The notes beneath the pieces were generated by a model. The model did not search any database, had not been told where the DNA came from, and worked only from the letters and a program-made list of their open reading frames with translations. DNA of 64,000 nucleotides from Macrostomum lignano (taxonomy: Eukaryota), in contig NIVC01001180.1 in NCBI GenBank assembly GCA_002269645.1, positions 124,001-188,000 on the forward strand. Direction: 5' to 3'. Positions 22,901 to 36,800 of this stretch are shown in pieces; within the stretch, counting starts at the first letter, position 1, and each line of letters starts with the position of its first letter. The position numbers were made by a program, and so were the translations under genes.

Positions 22901-25413
22901 CAAGTGTGTACCTAGCATGATCTGGACTATGGTAATTACTAATTTTTTATAGAATACATATAATATAACTTAATGCATTTATTATAGTTTTAAATTGAAA
23001 AATAGGCCTAATTAAGCATCACATATTTTTTTCTACATTTAAAAATATTAACATTTTTTCTCAAACTAAAATAAAAAAGCCAAGCAAAATAAATAATAAA
23101 ATAAACAAATAATCAATATATAAGAGTAAATTTCAAATCATTTGGCCACTTTTGTTATTTTAAATGTAGGTCCCTAGGCCCAAACTAAAGAGTAAAGGAA
23201 ATGATTTTATAACTATTTAACATGACATTAATTAATGTACCTTAATTCTAAAAAAATAGAAACTCTTTTTTTTCAAATCAAATGTTTGTATCTTTAGAAG
23301 TTTATATGCCTATATAGCTTTTTTGAATTCGTCAATTTAATAAAGTTGTATTTAAATAATTCAGATTTAAAAAATAGTAACAATAACATACATTACTAGT
23401 AAGTAAAAAAGTTGAGTCTTATTTTTTATAATTTCTTTTTTTAATACTAGAGCTATTATTTTAGTACTTAAATACTTTCTACAAAAATTTACTAGTTGGT
23501 TAGATAGATCTAGATCTAGGGGATAGAAACTGGAAAGCAAAAGTAGAAAACATGAGCTGGGTTCATCGATAGTCATACAAGATACAAGCATAGCATAGCA
23601 GATCTGCATAGTTAGCTATAATATTATTATCAATAATAATATAACACAATAACTACCTAAGTTTTTTTTCAATAACATAAGCTTAAAAACGAAAGCAAAT
23701 ACACCGCAAGTATCAACGTAATACTAAATTCCAACTAAAGGTGTGTTACCTAAAAAGGAAAAGTAAACAATCTCCGCATGATAGCTCCCAACCGGTACAA
23801 ATTCTTGATTTGAAACGGGGGGCAATGATTAGCGCTGGCTGTAGTCTACAATAATAACTTGTGAAGCGAAGTTCAAGTAAAAAGAAAATTATTTTGGTTT
23901 TATATTATTTTGTATTTTAGATAAAATATGTTACAGTATGTACTTACTTTGTTTAACTATGTCTTCCTTAAAACGCGATTTTGCGGTAAAATGGCTTTTT
24001 AAGCACTGTAATTTTAATGGGTTACATGTATTACATGCCGTTGCGTCAATGAGAACATTTTACTCATGAATTTTTGAAGCGAATTCTAACCGACGCCGTT
24101 AAATTACTCCAGCTGTTTTGATAAACATTTTACCAGTAACTTCAGTTTCTAATATTCGCTACAGAACAGTCTATTTAAAGCAACTGAATTCTTAGCAGAT
24201 TTACGTGTGCGAATAGTCTCAATGATGAACGCGAACTTTCTGCCCGATTTAATAAATGTAATAACTATAGCCCACATCTAACTGAGACTCAAAAACAAGT
24301 TGTGTACTGTACATCGATTAGTTCGATAGTATCGATACATCGTATAATAGGAACGTTGTTTCTTAAAAAAGGCAAAATGTAAAAAACAAAATTTACGAAT
24401 ACAAAATTAGTATATTTTGATTTTATCAAATGGTAGGGTCCACGTTAATTTTATTAAAAATATTTAATAGATAAAAATGAGCTCCATAATTGCTTGAATA
24501 ACGGTCAGCAAAGTTTTATAAAAATTAGCACACGCTTCAAGAAGGTCAGGGAAATTTAGGGGAGTCGAGAAAACCAAGAATAAAAATACAGCTGCACAAT
24601 TTTCGCGACGTAATTAGCCAGACAGAATGCGACAGTAAAAAAAGTACTCTTTCACAATGATACTTTTTCTTACAATTAATCGAATCGCAACGAGTCTTTA
24701 TTGGTAGGCAGGTTTGCAGATATCATTGGTCTGTGTGTGTTGTTAGCAATTTGAGAGTAGCTTTTTTAAGTGCAGTGCGGTGCAAGGCTGAGACAACAGT
24801 TTAGTCGTGAGGACAAAGTTGTCTCTCAGCTCGAATAAATATGATTGATTACTTACATAAACAATAAATGCTGTCTAAATGAAATTAATTGAATGTTAGC
24901 AAAGAAAAGATGGAAAATGTTTGTTGGAAAAAGAAAAACTGATAAAAAAGCACCGATTTTGTCGTATTGCAACTGGTGAATAAATACATAAAAAATGCTT
25001 TGCGCAGTGGTTTAAAACATTTTGGGACACGCAGTTTGTTTGTGCTATTTTTCATCTTAAAAACAAACGGCGGATTAAATATGAATATTAAGCTACTGAC
25101 AACAGTAGTCAATGTGCGAATTGATACTCGCTATTCAACGATGCAAGGTCTAATTATAATAATAATCATAATATATATATTCATATAAAGCAGAAAATAT
25201 GCCTTCTCAATTAGCAGATTTTCAAAATCAAACAACGCCTCAATTCAAAATTTCGCATACCTGAATGTAGAGTAATAATAATATTAGAAGCACTGGGGAC
25301 AACACCGAACACCCTAAGGAAATTAGTTAAGGTCAGTTGTTTACAATGAAAAAAGTTCCGACAAAACTCGCCCCTAGAAGCAATTTCAGCATGGTTGGCT
25401 TTTCTCTGCTCAG

Positions 25414-27147
25414 TCACTGCTGCACGGCCTGGGCTGAGTTCATCGGACCCAGCGGTTTGCGGCCTGTAGCCGCAGCGACCGGCTGCTCAGGGGTGTCGTT
25501 CTCGTCTCCGACGCCGCTGCCGCCACAGACGCCAGCTTTGTTGTCCTCGACAGCAGCGGCAGCTTCAGCCTGTTCAGCCTGCTGCTTGTTGCCGCCGACA
25601 TTCTTTGACGAGTTATCGTCGTTTTCAGCGTCCGACACCAATCCGCCGGCATCGGGGCCGGCGGCAGCCTCCGCGCCAGTTTTGCCTCCCCCGCCGCCGC
25701 TGCTGGCCACAGCTTTCAGCAGTTCAGCGCGCAGCCGATCCCGCTCGGCAGTCAGAGACTGCACAACCTGCTGCTGCTGGCCGCCGCCTTCATTGGCCAG
25801 CCGGCCCAGATTACCGTTGGTTTCCTCCAGCTGCTCGGTGAGCCGGCGGAACTGGGCATCACGCTGGTTGAGCAGCTGCGTGAGACGCGAATTCTCCGTC
25901 TCCTGGGCGCGCATCTCCTGACGGGCCGACTGCAGAGTGGCGGCCAGCTGCTGCATTGGGCCCGGATCCTTGCTCTTGGCTGCGGGGATTAATGGCGGCA
26001 TCGATTAGGTCCATAGATGCCAGCTGCCTGCGTCTGTAGATATACTAGTCTGCCTGAAGACACCCCAGCTTGTCTGTAGATGCCCTTACACCAACCTGTC
26101 TGTAGATACCCTCACTCCGTCTGTAGATACCCTCACTCTGTCTGTAAATACCCCCCATCTGTAGACCCTCACCCATCTGTAGATACCTTCACCCCGTCTG
26201 CAGATACCCTCACTCCATCTGTAGACACCCTCACCCCATCTGTTGATACCCTCACTCCATCTGTCGATACCCTCACTCCATCTGTAGACACCCTCACTCC
26301 ATCTGTAGACACCCTCACCCCATCTGTAGATACCCTTACTCCATCTGTAGACACCCTCACCCCATCTGTAGATACCCCAGGCTCTGGATTATTAATCTAT
26401 CTGTCTTCCAAGATGCAAACATTTACCGAGCCTACTACTAACAAGTAGACAAACGAAGGAAAAGTAGTCCTCACCGTGCATAACGGCCAGCAGGGCGGCG
26501 TTCTCGCGTTCTAGCAGGGCCTGCCAGCGAGTCCTGGCGTTGGCGGCCAAATCGGCTGCCCGCTGCTCCTCCAGCTGCTGGCGCAGGCTGTCAGCCGCGG
26601 CGCTCAGCTGATCGACCGATCGCTGCCGCTCGACCACGCTCATCTGCAGCCGATTCAAATCGTCCACGCGCTTCTTCTCCACCCAGGCCAGCTTCTGGCG
26701 CCAGGCTTCCACGTTGCCTAGCAACAGGCGGGCCGCTTTGTCCTTGGCGGGGATCAGGCTGGCCAGCTGCTGGTTCTCAACGTGCAGCTGGTTGCACCGA
26801 TCGCGCAGGCTGGCCAGCTGAGACTCCGGCGAGGAGTCGGCCGGACTGGCCGGGGACTCCGGACAGCGGTAGCGCTCCATGCGGTAGGGCCTGTCGTAGA
26901 GGCAGTGCGGCCCGGCCGACTGCAGCGCCGCATCAACCGAGGTGGGATCGGTGAACACGATCAGGGCGGCGTGCGGCCCGGCGGCGGCGGCGAGCAGCTC
27001 CGCGGCGAACGCGGCGTCGGCTGTGCCGGCCAGGTAGACTCGGCCGACGTGGCCCCACTGGCAGAAGTGGCCCATCAGGGCGTCAACGGTGATGCTGCGG
27101 GACAGGCCGGAGACCAGCAGGGTGTTGCGGCTGTTGGGCGGGTTCAT
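25414..27147 (-). CDS. RRM-domain + coiled-coil protein, ~412 aa
   Basis: Exons 27147-26475 and 25979-25414 (phase-1 join CAC G|CC AAG). N-terminal RRM: LLVSGLSRSITVDALMGHFCQWGHVGRVYL...AALIVFTDPTSVDAAL...H.L; then heptad-rich helices. An acceptor-like site just upstream of the ATG suggests a further 5' exon. Confidence 0.8.
26030..26378. repeat. 21-bp intronic minisatellite TGTAGATACCCTCACTCCATC
   Basis: Direct; intron of the RRM gene. Confidence 0.95.
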
Positions 27148-27309
27148 GGCTCGGGAGGAGGCTGGTGCGCTGGAATGCGGGCAAATTATCAGATTAGTGA
27201 TTATGATGATTTATGATTCATGATTCTTAGTAAATTCTATTGCATTATGAAATTATTAATTTATTAAAAATTAACTATATAATCAAATAGTTATCCTTAG
27301 ACATGAATC

Positions 27310-27795
27310 CTTAGATATTGTGAACAAACGGGATTCTTAGACTGTGAACAGATGGGATTGTTAGGGACTGTGAACAGATGGGATTCCAAAGCTGTGAACA
27401 GATGGGATTCTAAAGCTGTGAACAGATGGGATTCTTAGACTGTGAACAAATGGGATCTTTAGACTGTGAACAGATAGGATTCTTAGACTGTGAACAGATG
27501 GGAATCGTAGACTGTGAACAGATGCGATTCTTAGGGACTGTGAACAAATGGGAATCTTAGACTGTGAACAAAGGGAGAATCTTAGACTGTGAACAAATGG
27601 GAATCTTAGACTGTGAACAAAGGGAGAATCTTAGACTGTGAACAGATGCGATTCTTAGGGACTGTGAACAAATGGGAATCTTAGACTGTGAACAAAGGGA
27701 GAATCTTAGACTGTCAACAAATGGGAATCTTAGACTGCGAACAGATGGGAAGCTTAGACTGTGAACAGATGGGATTCTTAGACTGTGAACTGTGT
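27310..27795. repeat. ~24-bp minisatellite GACTGTGAACAGATGGGATTCTTA
   Basis: Direct; upstream of the RRM gene, probably in a 5' intron. Confidence 0.93.
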
Positions 27796-30700
27796 AACTG
27801 ATAAGATTCAAAAACGGAGGCCATTCGAAAACGTTGTAAGGATTTAAAGACCCTGGCAAGGAAGAGGTTTTAGAACTTCGGAGGCGCCAAAAAAATAGGG
27901 AAAAATCTGGAGACTAATTAATAATGGGAGCGGATAATCTAAATCTTGCGAGCAAACTGGATTAAAGCCGATAGAAAAAACTAACGGTTAAGGCACGCAA
28001 AGTTGGCTGGCTAGTCCCCGTGAGAAAACCATTTGGCTATATAGCAGAGTTTAGCCGTCACGCCAAGGCGATGATGGATGCCGTGCCGGTCCCTAAAGGT
28101 TGGACGGGCGGATTTCATCGCTTTTTTTCTCCACCAGCTGCAAGCGGCGAGTCCCAGAGCTGTCTCTAATTTATCTGGCCACGCGGGGGCCGCAGGCTTT
28201 TACTTTTTAATGAGTCTGCAGAGCTGGCCAGATGTATATATATACACATTCGATTAATTAATTTCTTATCAAGCAAAACCTCAATAAGCCAGTTAGGAAT
28301 CACGCGCCAAAATTGTGCGCCACTATGCATGCATGCTTCCCTGGACTCGATATGAAAAAATTAGAATTGATAAGCCTTATTAGTTTGGTAATTAATTCTG
28401 TCGAATGTACTTTTCCCCTTGTAGTTAGTTATTTTAGTCTGTCCTACATGATTTTCAATGATTCCTCTTAAAACTACTTCACGCCTAAGCTTAAATGAGA
28501 ATAAAAAATTCTTTGCTGGCCGGTGTGCGGAAGCAGGACTGGCCATAGACATTCCAACACTGCAGTCTGTCCAGCGGAGAATGCATGATTCCTGCACGGT
28601 CACGACTGCACGATCTTCAAGGACCATGCTCAGCAAGAAAGGCTCTGCAGAACTTAGACTTGTCTCAGCCTCATGTAAATACGATATGATCAGAGGCTAA
28701 GACTTTTAGTCAATGATGAAAGCTCATGGGGCAGCTTAAAGTTGATTAATAACTTATTAATATGATATCGTTCGCTAGTTCACATAGCAGCAAATGATTA
28801 TAGACTAGTTTGCCCTCCCCCATCAGCAAAGGAAACTCGAATAGAGAAAGATATCTGTGGATATGTCGATTCTCCCACAATGAGTAGTCTCAAAACCTTG
28901 CTTGCTTGAGTAAACCTTCCATTACCCCGATTTGCAATAGATTTCAAGAGGAGAAGGAAACCTTTAAGATAGGATGGGAATGTCCCTAAAAATCAATAAA
29001 TCAATAAAGCTTGCCAGAGATAACATCGATAGCCATGCTGAAGTAGCAGCAGTAGTAAAACTAGCTTAAATTCCAGGTAACCGTCAATTTCCAGGTAAAT
29101 GAGTGGTGGCGAAAGCATGCAACGTTGAAGCTTGAGTGCAATGCGATATTAGAACCCGGGTGCCTTTTATCCCATAGTAGAGGAGTAAATAGAGCAGCGG
29201 TAAAATGTAATGCCTGACATAAAAAAGACAGTGCTGCTTCACTTTTATAGCGTCTTATTTCTCTGTTCGCTGGCCTTTGTTATAAAGAGAGCCAAGTCCC
29301 TTGCCATTTCCATGAATATCCTGCAGTCAGCGATCATTGCGAGTCTCATGTTGAAGGGTATAAAAAAGGCCTGACATCTCGATATCTCGATTTCAGATGC
29401 GGAGATTTATTCGCCATAATATCATTGCCTTAAGAAGTAATAACCAGTCTTCTCTCAGATATGCTCGTAGAACTATTCCCAATTATAGCATTCAAGAAAT
29501 GCTGGAAATATTATTGTTACACAGTCACTAAATAATTAAATACAAAAACAACTAAAACACACGAAGGAAAGAGGTTCCCTAGCGCGTGTATCTTGTCCCT
29601 TTGTGCCAAAAGAAACTTAGGCGAACGAGTGGAAAGAAGATAGAAAATATAAAAAAAACGGTCAAGGCATCGATTTTGCTGTCTCAACTCAGTCTCAGCG
29701 ACTCTCCGTGGGAATTATTCGATTCAGCTGCTTTGGATTCTGTTCTCCTGTAGGACGGAGAAGATTCTCGACGACGAAAGGAAGGCAGCTACACGTGTTC
29801 CCATTCGCCCAGTCTAAGACAGACATTGAGCTTTTTGTGCTTTAAACTTCTACGGGTCTCAACTCTCAACAGAAATTTCCGATTATACAGATAACACTGT
29901 GTACTCTTGTCCCGCTTGGATGAATGAATAGAATGGACATTACACTATACTACTTCCTAAGTATAATAAAAAATTCTGTTTTACTAACTTCTAGGAGCAG
30001 AGTAAGTATCGAATTTAAATAAGAGGAATATTAACGTTTTCAAACAATATTTTATACAGTATGGTTCGCGATAATATTACATAAATCACTGTTCAATGGT
30101 CTGCACGTGTTGTTCTCAAGGTGCACGAAATGCAGCAAAAACTGACAAAAAATTTCTAACAAAACTATATTAACAGACGAACACACGTTCATTTTGCTAA
30201 CCTGCTACTCTGCAAGGATATCTTGATATACTTAGTGCCTAGATAATAGGAATGGAATCCCGGGAAGCGCAGTGACCATAGAGGCTTCCCTGGACAGGCA
30301 CTAAAGAACATACATAGCTTTTGGAGGTAGAGGAACAACAACGTGCGCTTTTATAAACAATTGTGCGAGTAGTGAATACTCGTAAGGGCTGGCTTGTTCC
30401 AAGGATATGCTCCAGGGTGACAATGTATGGAAATTGGGAACTGATAGTGGAGTCTAAGTCACTTCAGCGTTCCGAGGTCCGAGCAAATGGAATGAAGGAA
30501 GGGCGGAAAGGAAATGGAAGCGAACATGGACAAAGAGAAACCAAAAGCAAGGGGGAAGAAGTAATATTCTTTTTTACAATAGGCCATAGTTGGTGCAGGA
30601 AAAATTACGAGCTTATGAGGTTTCTCATCCGAGTTCTAATCAAGATAATTAACTGGACTTTGCTATGGCGCTTTATGGAAAAATGTGGGAAGCCGGAAGC

Positions 30701-31393
30701 CGGGGAAAATTTCTCCATTTTAGAATTTTAGAGGTCATCTATTTTTTTGTCTGAATTCTGAACAGATAGTGAGGGTGAGGCTTGTCTAAAAAAAACACGT
30801 TGTGGGGTAGCTAATAGCTTAAAGCAACTAAGTTGACAAATATTCATGCATTGCTATGGTGCTGCAAACTTTGGGAAGAAAGTGTCTCTCCCAAAATGTA
30901 AATTTTATTATCCATGACTGAAAGCGAGAAGGGAAAAAGACGAATATTACTGACTGAAGGCATTTTTTGTTGTATTTGTATTGCTTAGGGCAATCTGGAT
31001 AAGACACTCGTGAACATTTTTAGCAAAGAAATAGCTTTTTTCATTTTCTAGCTCTCGTTCCATTCCCACTTGCCAACGAAGGAAATCCTGTTGAAAATGA
31101 AGAACTGAAGCAGTTCTGTCGGAGGATTTGAACTCAAGTCGGCGAGCCAATAGAATCGCTGCAAGCTCAGAGTGGAGGACAGGGAGTTCAGTTCCCTTTA
31201 AGGGTGCTTCATTCTAGAGGGGCCGAATGAGGAAGACGCTAGAGAGAATAAAACAGGCAAACTGGGCAGCCTACTCTAGCATAGGCTCCAGAGAAGAGGA
31301 GGACTAAACTTCGAGCCCCGGCACGCAGCAAAGGAAGCACGCAGCTTTGAAGTGGGAAAAGCTACCGGATTTCTAGATTTCTAAGAAAAGGCT

Positions 31394-32821
31394 ATGTCAG
31401 CCGATCAGGGCCGGTTGTCGACAACGTTTCTCAAACCGTTGCAGACGCAATTCTACGTGCCCGATGACGGTCGCAAGTGCACTCCAAAACGACTGATCGA
31501 CTTTATCGTTAGTCCGCCAGCTTCGGACGATGCTGAAGCTCGCGAGATGCGGCTAGTAGCTGAGCACCTGATCTGCCATATGTACTGCACAGTTGAGGGC
31601 CAGAAACGGTTCTTCCAATTAAAAGTGAAGCCGGTACTGCCACTTAAAGCGTGTCATCTGCTGTTGAGATTCAAGTACATGAGCCGCGACTGCGGTTGGA
31701 AGGAGTTGACGTTTCACTCGAAGCTGAGCGTGCTAAACAAGTGCGACGTGTCCGTATTCTGGGTTCGCAAGGATCTCATTCAGCGGGACAACACTTACAG
31801 AGATCGCTATCAGCTCATGGTTGACTTCGACTTGGTGCATAGCGACTGGTTTCCGCCGGAGAATCCGTACTATGTGAACAAGGGCACGCAGGTAAGTGAA
31901 ATCGTTATGCCTCAAGGTCTTTAAGCTTACTTTTATAGCGAAAAGTCCTCGGATCCCAGAGTTCACATAACGCAAGGCTTATTTATTATCGTACAATACA
32001 ATATTTCAAGCTATCGGGCTCTTGAAAAAGAAGTCAAATAATAGGCTTGATTTGTCCGGTCCAGTGGCAATTGAGTAGCCTTCAAACGCATTAATTGCTC
32101 TCTTTGCTGAATGCCCTCTAATTCGAATTGAATTGCCCAGGTTTACAAGGAGAGCGCTAGCCCGAAAAAACTGGACAGTATTCCGGGCACCAGCGAAGAC
32201 TGCCATCACCCGGAGAGCAATCTAATAATCGAGGTTGAAGGCAAGCTACTGTACACCCTCCGAGACCTGCTCACCGCTGCCTCTCCAGTGTTTGCAAAGA
32301 TACTACAGAAGGACACATTTCAAAGCTACAGCCCCGGCCATGAACAATTCATTCAGCTGCCCGGCAAATCGGCTACCGATGTCGAAGAGCTGCTCCGGCT
32401 GCTGTACCCGTCCACGCCGCATCGGCTCAGCCTGCAGCAGGCGCCGGCTATGATAATACTAGCCAATGAGTACCAGATTGAGCACATCAAGCAGACGGCG
32501 GAGGACATTATTGTGGAGGCATTCTTAGCTAGCACAGACCCAGTGGAGCTGCCGCCGACGGGGAAACCTGCAGGCCCCGACATGGAGAAGGATCTGCACA
32601 GGCAGCAGCAGCGCCTGTGCCCAATGGAGTGCTACGCCCTTGCTCGCGTGTATGGGTGTCCCCGATTGGAACGCGTCAGTCTCTGCCTCCTGATGGACTG
32701 GAGCGTTGAACGAATCGAGCGCAGCCAGGTATTCAAACGTATGGACAAAGAGGACAGGTGTGCTCTGGCAATGGGCCGCATGCGACTGATGGAGGTGCAC
32801 GGGGGCAAAGAGAGGCAGTGA
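31394..32821 (+). CDS. BTB/POZ-domain protein with N-terminal MATH-like domain, 392 aa
   Basis: Exons 31394-31891 and 32141-32821 (CAG|gtaagt ... cccag|GTT, phase 0, 1179 nt). BTB signature SNLIIEVEGKLLYTLRDLLTAASPVFAKIL...IQLPGKSATDVEELLRLLYP...LANEYQIEHIKQTAE. MATH assignment of exon 1 is weaker (beta-strand pattern, FWVRKDLI..Y..LMVDFDLV). Confidence 0.85.
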
Positions 32822-34477
32822 GCACAGTTGCTTGAGCTTGTGACATCACTGGTCAACTAACAATAGCGCTCGAGTATCCCCAACATAACTAGGCTAGCAA
32901 TATTAGCGTGTCTAGTGCAGAATAGTATGCCACAGTTTAATTAAACAAAAAATCTAATATTTTTCTACTTGGTTATTTTATCATATACCTAACGGCGGCA
33001 CAATTATCGTAATTAATTACTCGGCTTGCACACATTAGCAAAAAGTGTTTGTTGTTTTCTTCTAAGCATCTGTGCAAATAAATAGCTACCTTAATGGCGC
33101 AGGCCTAACGCATTGCTACTTATTCTAAATAGAAGAAAGCAGTTTTTTTATTTGTTTTTTACTGTGCGTTGCGGTTGCAATCTGGGCTCGTATTTAAATG
33201 CGTGAAAAAAGCTCGCTTGTGAATAGAAAGTGCTAGTTAATGACCGGCACCACAAATACATGTGTGGTACTCGTACAAGAAGGATTTTTATCCACTGTCA
33301 GAAAATAAAACTTACAAAAACACGGAAGGGATTATAAAGTTACCGCAACCCAGTTTTATGACCAATTGCTGAACAGTGCTTATAGTTAGACTAAAACAAC
33401 TAAATAAGTAAAAGTAGCCTTATATCTGCAAGCCGTATTGCTAATCAGTGTAAGTGCCCTTGTAACCTAGCCGATAAATACACGTGCAACCATAAAGAGA
33501 CTGATCTCTACTCAGGGATTTGAAAAATTCTCCTTAGTTTTGCCGAAAGGAACAGGATTACTACTGTATTTTTCACGCTACAATTTAATCACCCGCAATT
33601 ACGCAGGATCTGCGTGCGTATCCCACTAATACGACTAAGAAGAGCTCATCAGTCATGCGAGAGATCAATCTGATATTAATACAGCTAAGCAATATAGGAC
33701 CAGCGGTCAAGTGCCGCAGAATCAAGAAACCGAGATACAGAGAGGGGCCAAGCTGGATGTAGAGTAATGAAATTGGAGCCACAGCTGAATGGCTCTGCTC
33801 GGCCATCCATACTCTGCGCCAGCTCCGGCGCTGCAACATTTACAGACTCGGCTGGCCGGCTCACGGATCCAGAGAGAGGGGGATAAGATGGGGCAGCAGA
33901 AGGAAGGCAGGAAGCATGCATTATTGAACAAACACATAGGAAGAAGGCTTAGCAGGCAGGCAAATCCGCCCAGGCCGCAGGCCCCTTTCCTGCCGCTTGG
34001 CCTTCGCTCCTAGAAGAGGCGCAAAACAATCTATGCGATATAGCGGCTAGGCGCGGCGCGGCGTACTACGCGGTAGAACTTTCTTTCCTCATCTCATACG
34101 CCCGTATATGCGTTCAATTAGGAAGAGAGGGGAGCATTGCAAACCAATGCAGCTTTGGCCCAAGTGCACGGCTGGCAGCATCTTAGAGAGGGGAAAGAAT
34201 TTAGACGGATTTCGCCTAATAAAACTGCAGCACCCAACTCACGGGCAAACTGAAGACATTGTACAGTTGACACTTAAAAGTACTCTACGTATTGTTAATT
34301 AACTATACCGGCTGCTAGAAAGTGGAGCCAGAGATAGGCGTTCGCGATAAAAATTCAATTAAACACTTTACAGGGGGTGCGCATCGGGCTTGAATGGTGA
34401 TGGAAAATATTGACTAATAAATAAAAATATGAGATCATAAGGTGAAAGGGCAAAGAAGACCGATAAGTTGGCTTAGA

Positions 34478-34478
34478 A

Positions 34479-34537
<59 letters not shown>

Positions 34538-34550
34538 CACAGACAGACAC

Positions 34551-34585
<35 letters not shown>

Positions 34586-34598
34586 CACAGACAGACAC

Positions 34599-34633
<35 letters not shown>

Positions 34634-34634
34634 C

Positions 34635-34665
<31 letters not shown>

Positions 34666-34782
34666 CACAGACAGACACACAGACAGACAGACACACAGAC
34701 AGACACACAGACAGACAGACAGACAGACAGACACACAGACAGACACACAGACAGACAGACAGACAGACACACAGACAGACAC

Positions 34783-34813
<31 letters not shown>

Positions 34814-34814
34814 C

Positions 34815-34857
<43 letters not shown>

Positions 34858-34870
34858 CACAGACAGACAC

Positions 34871-34921
<51 letters not shown>

Positions 34922-34922
34922 C

Positions 34923-34953
<31 letters not shown>

Positions 34954-35010
34954 CACAGACAGACACACAGACAGACAGACACACAAACAGACAGACAGAC
35001 AGACAGACAG
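34478..35010. repeat. (CAGA)n microsatellite with CACA interruptions
   Basis: Direct. Confidence 0.98.
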
Positions 35011-36139
35011 AAAAGGCAAGATAGTGAGGACACATTCCTCTGAATACAGGTTCCTCATTCAATTCATACTTTTCTCGCCCCATCATAGCATTGGTTACCC
35101 CAACCCGACACTTGGCACATTGAAGAGGAACTCAAGGGTGACAAAAATAGAAAATAAAGGAGACTGCATGGACGTGGACTTCAGCCTCAAGCTGAAAGTT
35201 GACCTACGAGTACCGGTATATATACCCAGGAGAGCAGAAAAAATGACTGCAATTGAGAAACCTCTCCCCCAACCAAGCAAGAAATAACCGAACACTACTC
35301 GTACAGAGATAAAAGACGTCAGTGCAATGAGCCCGAATAAGTCAGTAAAACTCCAAACAAAACAGAGTGAAATCCGATATTAAAAATAAATAACGTAGAT
35401 TTAAATTCAAGTGAGATCAAGTTAACGCCTGTCTGTATAGAGGAGAGACAGTCCTCATAAAAGTGCACAACTAGACGCCAAAACACTATAGTGAGAGTGA
35501 GAGTGAGAGACATGACGGAGAAAATTTTTTAGGTGCTCAAACTCAAACCCACTGCCTCCCTCACGTCCAACTCCCCAAATGGGGCCGCAAAAGGTAAGGT
35601 AAGCTTGCAGGTAAGGCTCCAATTAAACGATTCAATAATAATGAGGCTTAAAACGCGCCAGAGACTTCTATAGCTTCCCCCATCCTATTGCCAATGCCAC
35701 GCCACACGGCAGGTTGCGAGGGGGGGGGGGGGCAGCTCAACTCAGGCTTAGCCCAGCCTCACCCGGCTGTGAGAATAAGAAGACAGAAGAACGCGCGGAC
35801 TGAATGTGTGCGGCAATGCGGAACGAGACGCCGCTTGCCAACCGATGTAGGGGTCGGAGAGTAAAAAAAAGAAATCCCTCACATCAATATCTCGCCCTCC
35901 ATCCCGACGCCGTCGCGATGCCTGTCAAAGTGGATTCCTCCCTATTTCAACCGCGATTTCTGTCCAAAAACCAAGGCGATTTTCAACGAGGATCTGGATT
36001 GCCAATGCTTCCCTAAAGAGCCTCATCATTATCAATTTACACGTGACAGATTTTGGTTGAACCGGTATTTGTAAGTTTCTCGCCCTCAGGCTCAGTCAAC
36101 TACTTTTGTGTCCAACTTTTGGACACTGCGCAGCTGAAA

Positions 36140-36800
36140 GAGTGAGATTTCCCGATTGGATTCAAATCTCAAAGGATGAGATTTCCCGATTGGATTCAAA
36201 TCTCAAAGGATGAGATTTCCCGATTGGATTCAAATCTCAAAGGATGAGATTTCCCGATTGGATTCAAATCTCAAAGGATGAGATTTCCCGATTGGATTCA
36301 AATCTCAAAGGATGAGATTTCTCAATTGGATTCAAATCTCAAAGGATGAGATTTCCCGATTGGATTCGAATCCCAAAAAGGATAAGATTACCCATTTGGA
36401 TTCAAATCCTAAAGGATGAGATTTCCGTTTTGGATTCAAATATCAAAGGGTGAGATTTCTCAATTGGATTTAAATCTCAAAGGATGAGATTTCTCAATTG
36501 GATTCAAATCTCAAAGCATAATATTTCCTAATTAGATGCAAATCTCAAAGGATGAGATTTCCCGATTGGCATCAAATTTCAAGGATGAGATTTCCTATTT
36601 GGATTTAAATCCCAAAGGATGAGATTTCCCAATATGATTAAAATCTTAAAGGATGAGATTTCCGTATTGGATTCAAATATCAAAGGGTGAGATTTCCCAA
36701 TTGGATTTAAATTTCAAGGATGAGATTTCCCAATTGGCTTTAAATCCCAAAGGATGAGATTTCCCAACTGGATTTTAATCCCCTAGGATGAGATTTCCTA
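36140..36800. repeat. 34-bp minisatellite with internal 8-bp inverted repeat (TGAGATTT...AAATCTCA)
   Basis: Unit TGAGATTTCCCGATTGGATTCAAATCTCAAAGGA; left copies identical, right copies degenerate. Confidence 0.95.

Noticed and set aside
33640-33660. Hammerhead ribozyme core (CTGATGA on minus)
   Set aside because: No stem II followed by GAAA and no closing stems.
34355-35287. ORFs of 186-281 aa (RQTD/LSVC repeats)
   Set aside because: Translations of the (CAGA)n microsatellite.
36140-36800. CRISPR array (palindromic ~34-bp repeats)
   Set aside because: Units are contiguous with no unique spacers, no cas genes are present, and the context is eukaryotic.
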